The notes beneath the pieces were generated by a model. It ran no database searches and was not told the DNA's origin. It worked only from the letters and a program-made list of their open reading frames with translations. From IMG/VR virus record IMGVR_UViG_3300016744_000001: DNA of 64,000 nucleotides; one strand, written 5' to 3'. This document shows positions 1 to 10,003 of the stretch, one piece after another. The translations under genes and the position numbers were made by a program. Each line of letters begins with the position of its first letter. Position 1 is the stretch's first letter. Source of the DNA: a virus (taxonomy: Duplodnaviria; Caudoviricetes).

Positions 1-1
1 G

Positions 2-202
2 CATGAACGCATTGAGACCCAGGTTACTGATGAAGAAGTAAAGCGCAAACGAATTGTGTTTTTCTTCTTTGTTGAAGCTCAGTCTAAACTTGTTCCGTTG
101 GTATTCCATGGCTCAGCTGATTCTGGAAAACCAGAAGACCTGAGCACCATCGGAAAAGAAACCTGGATTACCCAGATCCAACTTGTTCGGAATGCACAGT
201 AA
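2..202 (+). CDS. 3' end of a hypothetical protein (truncated by window edge)
   Basis: Open frame from base 2 (HERIETQVTDEEVKRKR...LVRNAQ*) ending TAA at 200-202, followed by a hairpin at 207-230. Confidence 0.6.
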   Translation, partial: HERIETQVTDEEVKRKRIVFFFFVEAQSKLVPLVFHGSADSGKPEDLSTIGKETWITQIQLVRNAQ

Positions 203-206
203 ATGT

Positions 207-230
207 CATGAGAGGGGGAACCCTCTCATG
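207..230 (+). terminator. Intergenic hairpin CATGAGAGGG-GGAA-CCCTCTCATG
   Basis: 10-bp inverted repeat right after a stop codon. Confidence 0.6.
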
Positions 231-301
231 GCTTACAATTTGTTGGGATTGTATGGTTCTCTTATTCTATACCAACAAAATGACCTATCTGTGAGGACAT
301 C

Positions 302-2011
302 ATGGCTGAGCCAACCCAGGCAACACCAATTGTCTTGCTTAAAGACAAACGCCCATACTCGTGCTTCATTGATCAAATCTACGATCCTGATAAGGATGGT
401 ACATTCCAAAACACGGATGACTACCCACGAGTTGTCCCCATGGAAGGGGCTGCCGCAATTGACCGTGCGACAGGCAGCATGTACTACGTCAAATCGGTCG
501 ATCCGAAAACTCTGAAGAGTACCCTTGCACCAACCAGAATCGTGGTTGATGTTGATGCAGAAGAAATCAAGTTGGTGTCTTACGGCATTGACCGTTATGT
601 CTTGTACATCAACAAAGACCACAAACCTTCTCAGTTGACAGTCTCTGGCAACTTCATGGCTTTTGGTGCATCCATCGTGGAGTATCAACTCTACAAACGT
701 AACACCGCTGGTGAACGTGAAGTAATCTCACTGTACCTTGACAGTGATGAAAACTATCGCAACAACCGCATCCCCATGATGTCAATCATGCCGGGAAGTC
801 CCATCAAACAGTGCACCAACTGTCACACCCTCTCAGATGTGAAAGATGGTGACAGTGTAGAAATGGATCTGTTTGACAATGTCGGTATCTTAGTGATGAC
901 CGTCAGGTTGACAGTGGTCAATTCCATTGCCCTGAATGACCTTGCCAGTGATAGTGACATGATTGTTGGCATGGATGCTACAGCACTGCAGATGCTGTCA
1001 GACGGATCATTCTACCTTTACCAACGACAATCAGTCGACCATCTTGGGATTGTTCCACGACTGGAATACTCTGATGGTCGGTATGCTGATCTTGCCATTG
1101 ATGGTAAGACTTGCTTCGTTCATGGTCTCGAAGGTTTTGTACCTTCTTACCCTGGGCAAAAGCAAAAGATCCTGATCAAGAAATTCCTTGGTCCTAAAGA
1201 GTACGCAAAGATCCAGCCCACGGAAAGTAATCAACGTTTTGTGATCTGCGAAAAGTGGGTGACTGTGTTGGCGAACAAATCCTTAAGTGGCATCAAGGTT
1301 TCTGTGATGCCTCTTTGGAATGCTGCTGCTGAAAACTACTATCTCAAGTACATCGCGTACAGCGATTCCCGGGATAAAGTTGTTGATATTACCAACGATG
1401 TCGTTCTGCAGCACGCCATCAACACTGGTTTGTTCGGTGAGAAACAGCAGCTGTACTTCACTGTTGACTTGTCAAAGGTCTTTGGTGTCGAACTGACAGT
1501 GCCCTTTGCTCAGAAGAACTATCTGGTATTCCAGAATGGTGTCAACTATCAAAAGTATCTGATCGCGGATGACGAAGACATGAACGTTACGTATGGTGTC
1601 GAAAGCACGATGCGCCGGCGTCCAGTTATCCATTATGACGCCACTCTTGGTAAGTACTTTGTGCCGACTTCTCGGTTTGCGAACCAAGAAGCTATGCTGG
1701 ATGCATTCTACAAGTGTGCAAACCCGCCGTACAACACTGATAGTGAACTGGAGCCACCCACTCCTACTCACTACACCATCCGGGCACTTGACAACCTGAC
1801 CACTCTCGTCACGACACCAATCCCCATGGAAACGTTCAACGTGGCTTGGGCAATCAATCGCACTGGTCGCACTGATCTGTTGGTTGGTTCTAATGTCATT
1901 GTCGAGTTCTTGAAAGAACAAGGAAGTGAGTTCCAGATTCTGTACGGAGTACCCGTGGATGTGGTTACATCTGCAACTGGGTACAATACTGAGCCGAACA
2001 ACATCATTTAA
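302..2011 (+). CDS. Putative virion structural protein (phiKZ-like baseplate/tail region type)
   Basis: 569 aa, GAGGA RBS; beta-rich; general resemblance to phiKZ-family virion proteins by eye only. Confidence 0.55.
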   Translation: MAEPTQATPIVLLKDKRPYSCFIDQIYDPDKDGTFQNTDDYPRVVPMEGAAAIDRATGSMYYVKSVDPKTLKSTLAPTRIVVDVDAEEIKLVSYGIDRYVLYINKDHKPSQLTVSGNFMAFGASIVEYQLYKRNTAGEREVISLYLDSDENYRNNRIPMMSIMPGSPIKQCTNCHTLSDVKDGDSVEMDLFDNVGILVMTVRLTVVNSIALNDLASDSDMIVGMDATALQMLSDGSFYLYQRQSVDHLGIVPRLEYSDGRYADLAIDGKTCFVHGLEGFVPSYPGQKQKILIKKFLGPKEYAKIQPTESNQRFVICEKWVTVLANKSLSGIKVSVMPLWNAAAENYYLKYIAYSDSRDKVVDITNDVVLQHAINTGLFGEKQQLYFTVDLSKVFGVELTVPFAQKNYLVFQNGVNYQKYLIADDEDMNVTYGVESTMRRRPVIHYDATLGKYFVPTSRFANQEAMLDAFYKCANPPYNTDSELEPPTPTHYTIRALDNLTTLVTTPIPMETFNVAWAINRTGRTDLLVGSNVIVEFLKEQGSEFQILYGVPVDVVTSATGYNTEPNNII

Positions 2012-2019
2012 ACAACTAA

Positions 2020-2050
2020 CCTGAGCACCAGAGAAATCCTGGTGCTCAGG
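2020..2050 (+). terminator. Intergenic hairpin
   Basis: CCTGAGCACCAG / CTGGTGCTCAGG 12-bp stem. Confidence 0.6.
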
Positions 2051-2066
2051 CTGATAGGAAGAGCAT

Positions 2067-2726
2067 ATGGCAATTGTGTTCGCTGGTACCGATGCTACAA
2101 TGCTGAAGGCTGTGCAATATCCAAGATCACTTGACATCGACTTTACGAAGTTCATGTCAGGTACCGAACTGTACAACTATCTAGCATTGACCTACCCAGA
2201 TTTCTTTGACACATCAAACAAATGTTTGTTGTCCTCAACTACGAAGGTCGGCCCAAATAGCTCAAAAGCATTTCGATATGGTGATAGTGTTGAGCGGTAC
2301 AATACCGGATTTCGTTTGAATTTTCCAATCATTCCGAAATCAATCACATGCTCTTTTTATGTTGGTGACACTTTCGGGAACATTACCACGGCAATGAACT
2401 TTGATGCTGGTCTTCGATGGTTTCTACCAACATTGGCTGGGTACTATCCAATTATGTGTGTCGTAAAAGTTGGTAACTCAGCTTACAACAACACAGCAAA
2501 CAGCATTTACGGACATACTGGAACTGCCTACTGGAGAAACTATTTTGCCTCAGCTACTCCAGGTAAGATCACAAAAGTGCTGACTCCAGCAAACTCATGG
2601 TTCCCAACAAAACCAATGGAAAACCCATTGGTGTTCCATAACTGGAATACGTACACTGATGGTGCTAACCACGGTTCGTATACTGGTTATGTGTTCTTCG
2701 ACAAAATCTCAATTTCCTTTGTTTAG
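2067..2726 (+). CDS. Hypothetical (possibly tail-associated) protein; paralogue of 37014..37700
   Basis: N-terminus MAIVFAGTDATMLKAVQYP resembles MLVFQGCEATDLANMQYP; rich in aromatics, Gly, Thr and Asn. Confidence 0.6.
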   Translation: MAIVFAGTDATMLKAVQYPRSLDIDFTKFMSGTELYNYLALTYPDFFDTSNKCLLSSTTKVGPNSSKAFRYGDSVERYNTGFRLNFPIIPKSITCSFYVGDTFGNITTAMNFDAGLRWFLPTLAGYYPIMCVVKVGNSAYNNTANSIYGHTGTAYWRNYFASATPGKITKVLTPANSWFPTKPMENPLVFHNWNTYTDGANHGSYTGYVFFDKISISFV

Positions 2727-2786
2727 TTCATCACCACTCTGCTGGTAACCCCAGCAGAGCGGTGTGACTCAATGATTTTTTTAATC

Positions 2787-2794
2787 TATATTAC
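2787..2794 (+). promoter_or_regulatory. phiKZ-type early promoter motif TATATTAC
   Basis: Exact TATATTAC in an intergenic region upstream of 2840; the motif recurs at 12220, 22689, 34430, 52535 and 53787. Confidence 0.7.
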
Positions 2795-2839
2795 CCAAGT
2801 AGTTACAGTTGTAAAGAACCTTTAATCCTTGAGGAAGAA

Positions 2840-3124
2840 ATGGGAATTCTCACCTCGCTTGATGGTGCTGTAGTATTCAGTGTTCTTGGCATGGCCATCA
2901 TAACGGTGATGGCAGTGCAACTAATCAATTTCCTTAATGGTGGCGATCAACCGCTGGTCGAAATCATGGACGCACTGATGAAACCCGAACATATCCGACA
3001 GGTCCGAATCCAACAAATGCAACTGCAGTTGGATGAGCACGAACAGAAACTTATAAAATTACAGGAAGAAACGGAAAAACTGAAAGCCCTCCTTGCAGAA
3101 AAATACGATCACCCTAACCAATAA
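2840..3124 (+). CDS. Small membrane-anchored coiled-coil protein
   Basis: N-terminal hydrophobic helix, Q/E/K-rich heptads, GAGGA RBS. Confidence 0.7.
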   Translation: MGILTSLDGAVVFSVLGMAIITVMAVQLINFLNGGDQPLVEIMDALMKPEHIRQVRIQQMQLQLDEHEQKLIKLQEETEKLKALLAEKYDHPNQ

Positions 3125-3136
3125 TTGAAGGTTATT

Positions 3137-3529
3137 ATGGAACATCCTGAACTCATTTTTAAGCTGGTTCTTCTTGTTATTGGCTGCACCATCGTGTTCG
3201 GTGCGTTCTCATACTGGGCATCGAAGCAATTCTGTAATGATGTCCGCAAGGTGTCGATTCCGCAAAACACCGAGTATCTTGATATCCTTAAGGAGCAGGC
3301 ATCGCTGGTGAAACAGCAGCAGATGCTCCTTAACAAGATGTCTGGGACCAACACCAGTCTGGTTGAAGTTTACAGTGCTCAAGCTGAACAACTGGAACAG
3401 ATGAACCGATTTCTTGGGGATAGCCATGCACTGGTAGTCGCAATCTTAGAAAGACTTGAAGACCTCAGGAAAAGTCTTCATGAAGAAAACAAAACAACTG
3501 ACACGACTGGAGACGCTGATGTATCATAA
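3137..3529 (+). CDS. Small membrane-anchored coiled-coil protein
   Basis: One TM helix (LIFKLVLLVIGCTIVFGAFSYW) then coiled coil; ATG at 3137 preferred. Confidence 0.7.
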   Translation: MEHPELIFKLVLLVIGCTIVFGAFSYWASKQFCNDVRKVSIPQNTEYLDILKEQASLVKQQQMLLNKMSGTNTSLVEVYSAQAEQLEQMNRFLGDSHALVVAILERLEDLRKSLHEENKTTDTTGDADVS

Positions 3530-4403
3530 CCCGTTTGATATCCTCGATCCCATGAAAGAAGTTTACCGGATCAACTTGGCTGAACTGGGTGAGCTGATCA
3601 ACCAGGATCACGCAACAAGGTGGGGTGCCGCCGATCCGCAAGATTTCAACCCAAGTAATCACTTCACCGCGATCGCTTGTGGTCATGACCTGGCAACCAT
3701 GGACATTCCTATCAGCACCATCGCACTGGTGTACGGGATCGATACTGGGATGCTCGCCATCAAAAAGGCGAAACGTGTTGACGGCACCCCTGTGAAGTTT
3801 TCACCGAAGCTCTGCCAGAAGTTCATCGTTGACCAGTTGAGTCTCTGGCAACATCAGGTCTTTTCCGGTGCCGCCCCGAATAAGCCAACTGAACTGATGC
3901 AGCTCCTCAACATCAAAGAAAACGAATGTGAACTGTACTTCGCCATGATCCGGGCAACCACCACGGCGCACGACAAGAAGCTTGATGGGGATGACTTCTA
4001 TCAATACGTCATCAACAACCTGCTTGCTCAGTTCAAGATTGCTCATGACTTGGCGGTCACAGAAGCAAATGCTGAACACCCAACAGACATGGAGAACCGT
4101 GATTACCACATCAATCGCCACGCTGACTGGCAAACCAGTCAGCTGGCGTTTTGGTTTCATGAGCTTGAACGACTCCAGTCCCCTGACGCGGAGCTTCCTG
4201 ATTTTCAGGAACTGCTTGGTGCGTTAGTGGAAGTGTTCAACTATCCCATTGACTGCTTGTTGGAAGAAGATGGAACTTATGCTTCTCCTAACGTGCAAAC
4301 ATTGGTGCACTTTCAAAAAGCCATGACCAAGCAGTTTATCGACCAGATGCAGGGCATCTTCTTCTGGACCCACGTTCCAGCAACGATTGCCTTTCAGGGA
4401 TAA
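3519..4403 (+). CDS. Hypothetical protein
   Basis: GGAGA RBS before ATG 3519 (MYHNP), overlapping the previous stop. Confidence 0.75.
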   Translation: MYHNPFDILDPMKEVYRINLAELGELINQDHATRWGAADPQDFNPSNHFTAIACGHDLATMDIPISTIALVYGIDTGMLAIKKAKRVDGTPVKFSPKLCQKFIVDQLSLWQHQVFSGAAPNKPTELMQLLNIKENECELYFAMIRATTTAHDKKLDGDDFYQYVINNLLAQFKIAHDLAVTEANAEHPTDMENRDYHINRHADWQTSQLAFWFHELERLQSPDAELPDFQELLGALVEVFNYPIDCLLEEDGTYASPNVQTLVHFQKAMTKQFIDQMQGIFFWTHVPATIAFQG

Positions 4404-4415
4404 ATCGCTATTGAC

Positions 4416-4454
4416 CAGACAGCCCTCTTCGGGGGGCTGTCTGTTTTATTTTTT
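4416..4454 (+). terminator. Rho-independent terminator
   Basis: CAGACAGCCCTC-TTCG-GGGGGCTGTCTG followed by a T-tract. Confidence 0.85.
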
Positions 4455-4456
4455 CG

Positions 4457-4509
4457 TGTAAATCAATTCAGTTCGCACGTATATAACAGTCTTGAAGAAG
4501 GAGATTAAT
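4457..4509 (+). promoter_or_regulatory. Early-promoter cassette (TATATAAC), near-duplicate of 19019-19071
   Basis: TGTAAATCAA..TTCGCA..TATATAACA..TGAAGAAG.AGATTAAT shared by the two sites. Confidence 0.7.
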
Positions 4510-4541
4510 CCAATCTCCTAATAAACTCAAAGGAGTCTATC

Positions 4542-4757
4542 ATGGCTGCTATCAATTACTGTGCGACGTTTTCGTCTGAGAATTCGGCTGAGTATTTTCG
4601 TGGTATTGTTGAACGTCTGTCCAGCGAAGTCCACACTTTCAATCACAATGGTAATCACACGGTGTGTTTCCGTATTTGCTTGGGTTCCTGTGACACCACG
4701 ATGATTCGTGATCTCGCTGTGAATACTTGCTGCGGCACCTTCGCATGTGCTGTGTAG
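4542..4757 (+). CDS. Small hypothetical early protein (Cys-containing)
   Basis: AAGGAG RBS, own promoter and terminator. Confidence 0.75.
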   Translation: MAAINYCATFSSENSAEYFRGIVERLSSEVHTFNHNGNHTVCFRICLGSCDTTMIRDLAVNTCCGTFACAV

Positions 4758-4759
4758 TG

Positions 4760-4808
4760 AGCATGGAGGATAGGGGTTTACCCTACCTCCATGCTTTTAT
4801 TTTTTTTT
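4760..4808 (+). terminator. Terminator between convergent genes
   Basis: AGCATGGAGG...CCTCCATGCT followed by a long T-tract. Confidence 0.8.
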
Positions 4809-4810
4809 GT

Positions 4811-5293
4811 TCAAAATCGCACGAGATAGCAAATCTTGAGATACTTCTCCACCTGTGGAAGGAATTGATCTTCAACACAACACAAGACCTGATCATGATC
4901 CAAGCCACCGCATCCACAGCCAAGTGGTGGAATCGCAATGGAATAAATTTTTGTTTGAACCACGAATTGTGCAAGGGCTCTCAGACCTCTTTCAACTAGT
5001 TCAATTGGCGATGCTTCACGCCAGTGGTATTTGGTTGGAAAGTTTACTACGATTTCAGGTTTGTTAGTATCGTAAAAAGACGCATCACTGATCGACACGG
5101 CTTGAACGAGCCCTTCAACCAATTCCCCTTCCTCAATTGCTCTACGGTAATCCGTAAAGACTTCTGGATAACGCTGCTTGAACTGCAACGCTAAGCCCTT
5201 ACCCATGACACCAACTAGGTTCACCGGATTAACCAATGCTTGTGCTGGAAGTGAAAAAATGTCAGCTGTTGTGTGGATGATGTTTGTGGCCAT
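4811..5293 (-). CDS. Macrodomain protein (DarG/TARG1-like ADP-ribose glycohydrolase)
   Basis: DIF..AQALVNPVNLVGVMGKGLALQFKQRYP, NFPTKYHWR, SIAIPPLGCGCGGL motifs. Confidence 0.9.
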   Translation of the reverse strand: MATNIIHTTADIFSLPAQALVNPVNLVGVMGKGLALQFKQRYPEVFTDYRRAIEEGELVEGLVQAVSISDASFYDTNKPEIVVNFPTKYHWREASPIELVERGLRALAQFVVQTKIYSIAIPPLGCGCGGLDHDQVLCCVEDQFLPQVEKYLKICYLVRF

Positions 5294-5402
5294 AATTCCA
5301 ACCCGCCAATCGGTTTAATATATAGTAATCGTCACGCATCGTATGGCTAGTTTTATGTTAATATCTACATCATTTACAAACACCCACGGAACGGAGGGCA
5401 AC

Positions 5403-6719
5403 ATGCGGCAAATCTACAGTTTGTATAAAGCCGCTGGTACAGTTTTGACAGAAATGAAAATGTCAGATATCAAACCAGTGGATGTGTTCACTTCCTCAAG
5501 CGCATCTTGTCGTGACTTGTCTGTTCGGTATTTTGTTGTTGTTGATTCCCCAGCGGATACTGCAACTGAGTATTCATTCGCAGATCTCACCGCACTGCTC
5601 ACCATGACAAATGTGATCAGTGGTAAAGACATCACCACCCTTACTTGGGCTGACCTTGGTGGTCTCATCACTGATCACATGGTCCTCGGTTACAGCACTA
5701 AAGTACCAGACTTCATGGATGCAACCAGAAGTCTGTGTTTTGCTGAACCACTGCATGTTCCTGAACTGTTTGAACTTTCTTACACCAGGGTCAATGTCCC
5801 AAAAGACCGCAATGTCTCTTTTCGACGTTGGCAACTTCTTGATCTTGGTGTGAAAAAAATAGATCCTGATTGCAAACTGGATCTCTCACAATGTTTGCTC
5901 AGTGTCAATGGGTTGCTGTCAATTCCCACATTTTTCGATGATGAACTTTTGATGCCAAGAGGCGCAGAGTTCATGCATTCATCTACGACAACAAAGCGAC
6001 CCTGCGTATCACTGTTGGACTTCTCCAGCCTTGGGGGCATCAAGTGTGTCCCCTTCTCAGCTTGTACGTCAAAAACAAAGGCTGGTCAAAAAGCAGACGT
6101 GAACTTTGCAATGGGATTGGACGTTGAAATCTTCTTGCCAGCCACTTACTCCTTGAAGAACAAGTCTGTCTTCATGGTGATTGGCCACACCCTGTTCTTC
6201 CCTGATTCCTGCAAAGTAGTCAGTGACACTTCTGTGCTGATCTCACCACACCACTTGCCAATCGGAACTTGTTTGCTGAAGCAACAAATCGCTGCGAACA
6301 AGTTCAATGAAAGCACTGACACTGTCAGTACTGAGATGGGTATCCAAGAGTATCTTGGTGGTGGCATGTACGCTGCTGATCACAAGGGAGCGTTCTTTGT
6401 GATCGTTGACACACCAAAGCTCTACATCAAGAAAGTACACACTCATCAGTACGCACATTCCGCACTGCATGTTGCCACTGGTGGGGTAGCCGGATTCCTT
6501 TGGGATCAGTCATCAATGTCGATTGTTGACCAGACAAGAGTAGACTATCAATCGTATACCGATTTTTACGCCTACAATAGCCCTAGGATGTCTCTGCTGA
6601 CGACACATGACTACTACAACAGGAATCATGCAATCGAAGCTCTGCATCCATTCTACGAAGGTTTTCTGCCACAGGTAGATGCCAACTGTATGTATGCAAT
6701 TCAGATCACACGTCCTTAG
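5403..6719 (+). CDS. Putative virion structural protein (phiKZ-like)
   Basis: GGAGG RBS before ATG 5403; first gene of the head-morphogenesis operon. Confidence 0.55.
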   Translation: MRQIYSLYKAAGTVLTEMKMSDIKPVDVFTSSSASCRDLSVRYFVVVDSPADTATEYSFADLTALLTMTNVISGKDITTLTWADLGGLITDHMVLGYSTKVPDFMDATRSLCFAEPLHVPELFELSYTRVNVPKDRNVSFRRWQLLDLGVKKIDPDCKLDLSQCLLSVNGLLSIPTFFDDELLMPRGAEFMHSSTTTKRPCVSLLDFSSLGGIKCVPFSACTSKTKAGQKADVNFAMGLDVEIFLPATYSLKNKSVFMVIGHTLFFPDSCKVVSDTSVLISPHHLPIGTCLLKQQIAANKFNESTDTVSTEMGIQEYLGGGMYAADHKGAFFVIVDTPKLYIKKVHTHQYAHSALHVATGGVAGFLWDQSSMSIVDQTRVDYQSYTDFYAYNSPRMSLLTTHDYYNRNHAIEALHPFYEGFLPQVDANCMYAIQITRP

Positions 6720-6728
6720 GAGCTACTG

Positions 6729-7421
6729 ATGGCAAAGCAATTTTCAAAGTACCTCAAAAATGATCCAGGTAGTGATGGTTTTATTTTTGTTGGTGAGAGC
6801 GCGAAAGCGTATATCCCACAACGATACACTGTCCACGATCTGCTTATCGTTGAGAACACAGTCAAAGCGCTTGGCATTTTCACAATTGAAGTCGAAGGGG
6901 ATACTCAGAAGTACAATCTGATGTTCCCTGCGATTCTTGAGATGATGCCATCTGACACCTATCAACAGAAGATCGACAATGTCGAGTACACGGTGTTGGT
7001 GTTTAAAAAGGGTGATCCTTTCTTGGTCAGTAAGACGATGATCAAGCAAAGCTTTATCCTGGGTAAGATGTTTATCGAGTTTACCCGAAACGGCAACATC
7101 CCACCATTCGTCAGTTACTCACAGCTGTCCACTCTTATGGACGTTGCGCAGGAAACGTGTGGGGTATCATTGAAGGTTCTGCACTCCATCTTTGAAATGA
7201 TGGCCGCATTCCAAGCGCGTGATCCTAACAACTTGAATGTTCAGTACCGGCATACTGACATGAAAAATCCAGCTGCCTATCTCGGACTGCGAAACACCAC
7301 GTCGATCAGAGACAGTGCGACATCCGGTCTTCTTGGTAGTTATTTCATGGAAGGACTTAACAGGTCTTTGATCAATCAGTCTGAACAACAGCACGAGATT
7401 GAAGACCTTCTTCGTACGTAA
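6729..7421 (+). CDS. Conserved phiKZ-like protein upstream of the head protease
   Basis: 230 aa, ends IEDLLRT; position just before the prohead protease matches phiKZ-family synteny as recalled. Confidence 0.55.
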   Translation: MAKQFSKYLKNDPGSDGFIFVGESAKAYIPQRYTVHDLLIVENTVKALGIFTIEVEGDTQKYNLMFPAILEMMPSDTYQQKIDNVEYTVLVFKKGDPFLVSKTMIKQSFILGKMFIEFTRNGNIPPFVSYSQLSTLMDVAQETCGVSLKVLHSIFEMMAAFQARDPNNLNVQYRHTDMKNPAAYLGLRNTTSIRDSATSGLLGSYFMEGLNRSLINQSEQQHEIEDLLRT

Positions 7422-7443
7422 TCTTTTCCCCACGAGAGAAAAT

Positions 7444-8289
7444 ATGTCAACTGCCGCCGCTCAAGTACTGCAAAACACACCGAACAAACTGTACCTCTAT
7501 GTTGGTGTGATGGATTCTTTTGATGGACGCAAACTCCAAGCGTTGCGCCCTGATGCTGATGGCTACTTCAATGGTATCCCCATGTCAGCGTTCAACGCCA
7601 AATCCCTCAATGGTTGTTACTACGATACCGAATCGTACTACAGCCAGTTGACGAATCTTAACACGCCGTTCAACATTCGGCTGACCCATGGCAACCTTTA
7701 CGGTGAGTGGGGTCATCCGAAAGATGACGCTCCGCTTTCCCGTGTAGTGATGATCGACCGTGATCAGGAAAGTCACCACTTCAAGGCTGTCTACACAGAC
7801 AAGAATGCTGCTGGCAACTGTCCGATCATCCGTGCTGACATCAAGTGCACGGGGCCTAAGGGCAAGTACCTTGAACCTTCACTGATGAACCCGCATGAAA
7901 ACACAGCGTTTTCACTGCGGTGTTTGATGACAGAACGGTATGATGCTGCGCTGCGTGCACCTGTGCGCACTGTGGAAGAATTTGTTACCTTTGACGCTGT
8001 TGATATGCCTGGTTATCTGTACGGTAGCAAGTGGTATGTCGAAGCAACCCAGACAGGCAAAGAGTGTCTCATGCCCATCACGTTGGACATGCTGTACACT
8101 CCCACTGGCAAGCGTGTCGCATTGGAAAGTTACAATGACGAACGTCTGCTGGAACTGTTTGGTGTCAAGAACTTTGACCTCGATGGCAAAGCTCTTGGTA
8201 GCTATATCAAAGGTACAAACACCTACCGTGATCCCATGGGTGTTAACCGGTCTCTGATTCACAGTGTGCTGAATCAGAAGCGTTCCTAA
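7444..8289 (+). CDS. Prohead (head maturation) protease, phiKZ gp175-like
   Basis: LYGEWGHP, AFSLRC and TFDAVDMPG motifs of the T4 gp21/phiKZ gp175 protease family. Confidence 0.85.
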   Translation: MSTAAAQVLQNTPNKLYLYVGVMDSFDGRKLQALRPDADGYFNGIPMSAFNAKSLNGCYYDTESYYSQLTNLNTPFNIRLTHGNLYGEWGHPKDDAPLSRVVMIDRDQESHHFKAVYTDKNAAGNCPIIRADIKCTGPKGKYLEPSLMNPHENTAFSLRCLMTERYDAALRAPVRTVEEFVTFDAVDMPGYLYGSKWYVEATQTGKECLMPITLDMLYTPTGKRVALESYNDERLLELFGVKNFDLDGKALGSYIKGTNTYRDPMGVNRSLIHSVLNQKRS

Positions 8290-8298
8290 GGAGGGACC

Positions 8299-9015
8299 AT
8301 GTCAAGTCGTTCTGCCCTGGTTTCAATGGGCATCAAAGTTGGGAACATCAGTGCTGGCAATGAAGGATTTCATCCAGCAACGATTACGACCAACAAACAG
8401 ACCCACAAGTTCACGTACGAATTGGATCAGACTACACTCACGTTTGATCCGAAGTTGTACGATGAAAACAGCTGGTGCCCAGTCTACAAGATTGGCAAAA
8501 CTGATAAGGGTGGCGATGTCTGGTTGGCGAACATCACTGACAGCATCTCTGACATCAGTGAATACCTGCCACTCTTGGACACACTCTACAACGCTGGTGT
8601 CAATGATGTCATTGAACTGAACATCGCGTCACCTGGTGGTTATATCACAACCGCCACACAGATCTGCACTGCGATCCGTGCTTGCCAAGGCACAGTCATT
8701 GGACACGCGTCGGGGATGTGTGCTTCAGCTGGTTCACTGATCTGGTCGGTGTGTCACGAAGTCACCATTGGTGATGGTGCCAACTTCATGTGGCACATGT
8801 CGTCACACGGTGACTGTGGCAACTCCCTGCGGATTCGGAATGAGGCTGACTACCAAATCAACTATGTCCGTGACGTGCTTCTGAGTATCTCACTGAGTCG
8901 TGGATTCATCACTGCTGATGAGGTAGACCGGATTTGCTCAAACCCGGATGAAGCAGTCTGGATCACCGCACCGATGATGCGGGATCGACTTGCCAAATTC
9001 GAAGAAGCCGCTTAG
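8299..9015 (+). CDS. ClpP/crotonase-fold serine protease
   Basis: IASPGG, GMCASAGSLI (catalytic Ser) and FMWHMSS (His) motifs. Confidence 0.8.
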   Translation: MSSRSALVSMGIKVGNISAGNEGFHPATITTNKQTHKFTYELDQTTLTFDPKLYDENSWCPVYKIGKTDKGGDVWLANITDSISDISEYLPLLDTLYNAGVNDVIELNIASPGGYITTATQICTAIRACQGTVIGHASGMCASAGSLIWSVCHEVTIGDGANFMWHMSSHGDCGNSLRIRNEADYQINYVRDVLLSISLSRGFITADEVDRICSNPDEAVWITAPMMRDRLAKFEEAA

Positions 9016-9024
9016 GAGTAAAGC

Positions 9025-9909
9025 ATGACCGGAAACTTGAAAAGTAGCGGTGCGGCATTTGCATCAGACGCATTGCTTGAGCTCCAGAACACCACAACTG
9101 GTAGTCAGATGGACATCACCAGTCAGTCTGTGGAAGTTCGCGCGTATGAGTCATTGCAATCCAGTATGCTTGGCACCAAAGACCTTACGTATAACCCACC
9201 AATGCTGACTGGCAGTCTGTCAATCCCTCGTTTGGGAATGAAGCTGTCGGACGCGGCACTGAACTGCTATGGTGGGTGCACTTCACAACAGGACAAGTAC
9301 TACAAGTTGATGCTGTCGACCAATGACAATGTCAACTTCAACTTGTACTTTACAGAATACACTGATCTTGACCACCCCAAGTTCCAGAACCGGTTCTGTA
9401 AGCTGTTGCGGACATTGTCACAAAACACCCAACTGCATATCCACATGGGCAATGGTATCTACGGCTACTATCCCATCTTCTCCTACGGCAACGTCATTGA
9501 CGCCATCCAGCGGACACAGAGCAAAATCGTTGCTCATGTCAATGGACGTGCCGGGTTCTGTGAAACCAGTCTCTGGTTGTTCGCTCATGAACGAGTGATC
9601 TCCGAGTTTGGTTCACTCTACTTTACTGGCATGCAACAGTACCTTGAATGGTATCCTCGTTGGCATTTCTTCTATGAATTCATCTTTAACCGTGCAGTGG
9701 ATCTGAAGATCCTGACACAGGAAGAGATGGATCAGTTGATGACCACCAACATGGACATCTATCTGTCAAGGGCTGAAGTCGTAGCCCGGATGCAACGGGA
9801 TAACAAGCCTGACCCTGTGACACAAGATCCGACTCAACCTCAGCTTACCCCAGCTGATCTTGAGCGTGCTCAGCCCGTCACTGACCTTCAGCAAGCTCCT
9901 CAGGAATAA
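9025..9909 (+). CDS. Degenerate ClpP-like paralogue
   Basis: LHIHMGNG..G, AHVNGRAGFCETSLW align with ClpP motifs, but the catalytic Ser/His are not evident. Confidence 0.55.
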   Translation: MTGNLKSSGAAFASDALLELQNTTTGSQMDITSQSVEVRAYESLQSSMLGTKDLTYNPPMLTGSLSIPRLGMKLSDAALNCYGGCTSQQDKYYKLMLSTNDNVNFNLYFTEYTDLDHPKFQNRFCKLLRTLSQNTQLHIHMGNGIYGYYPIFSYGNVIDAIQRTQSKIVAHVNGRAGFCETSLWLFAHERVISEFGSLYFTGMQQYLEWYPRWHFFYEFIFNRAVDLKILTQEEMDQLMTTNMDIYLSRAEVVARMQRDNKPDPVTQDPTQPQLTPADLERAQPVTDLQQAPQE

Positions 9910-9914
9910 CCATA

Positions 9915-9945
9915 TGACACGGAGAGGTAACCCCTCTCCGTGTCA
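9915..9945 (+). terminator. Intergenic hairpin
   Basis: TGACACGGAGAGG / CCTCTCCGTGTCA 13-bp stem. Confidence 0.65.
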
Positions 9946-10003
9946 GTAATTTAAGCTAAATATCAGTTATTTTTTGTACGGCATTTTAACCTGAGGTTTA
10001 CTT

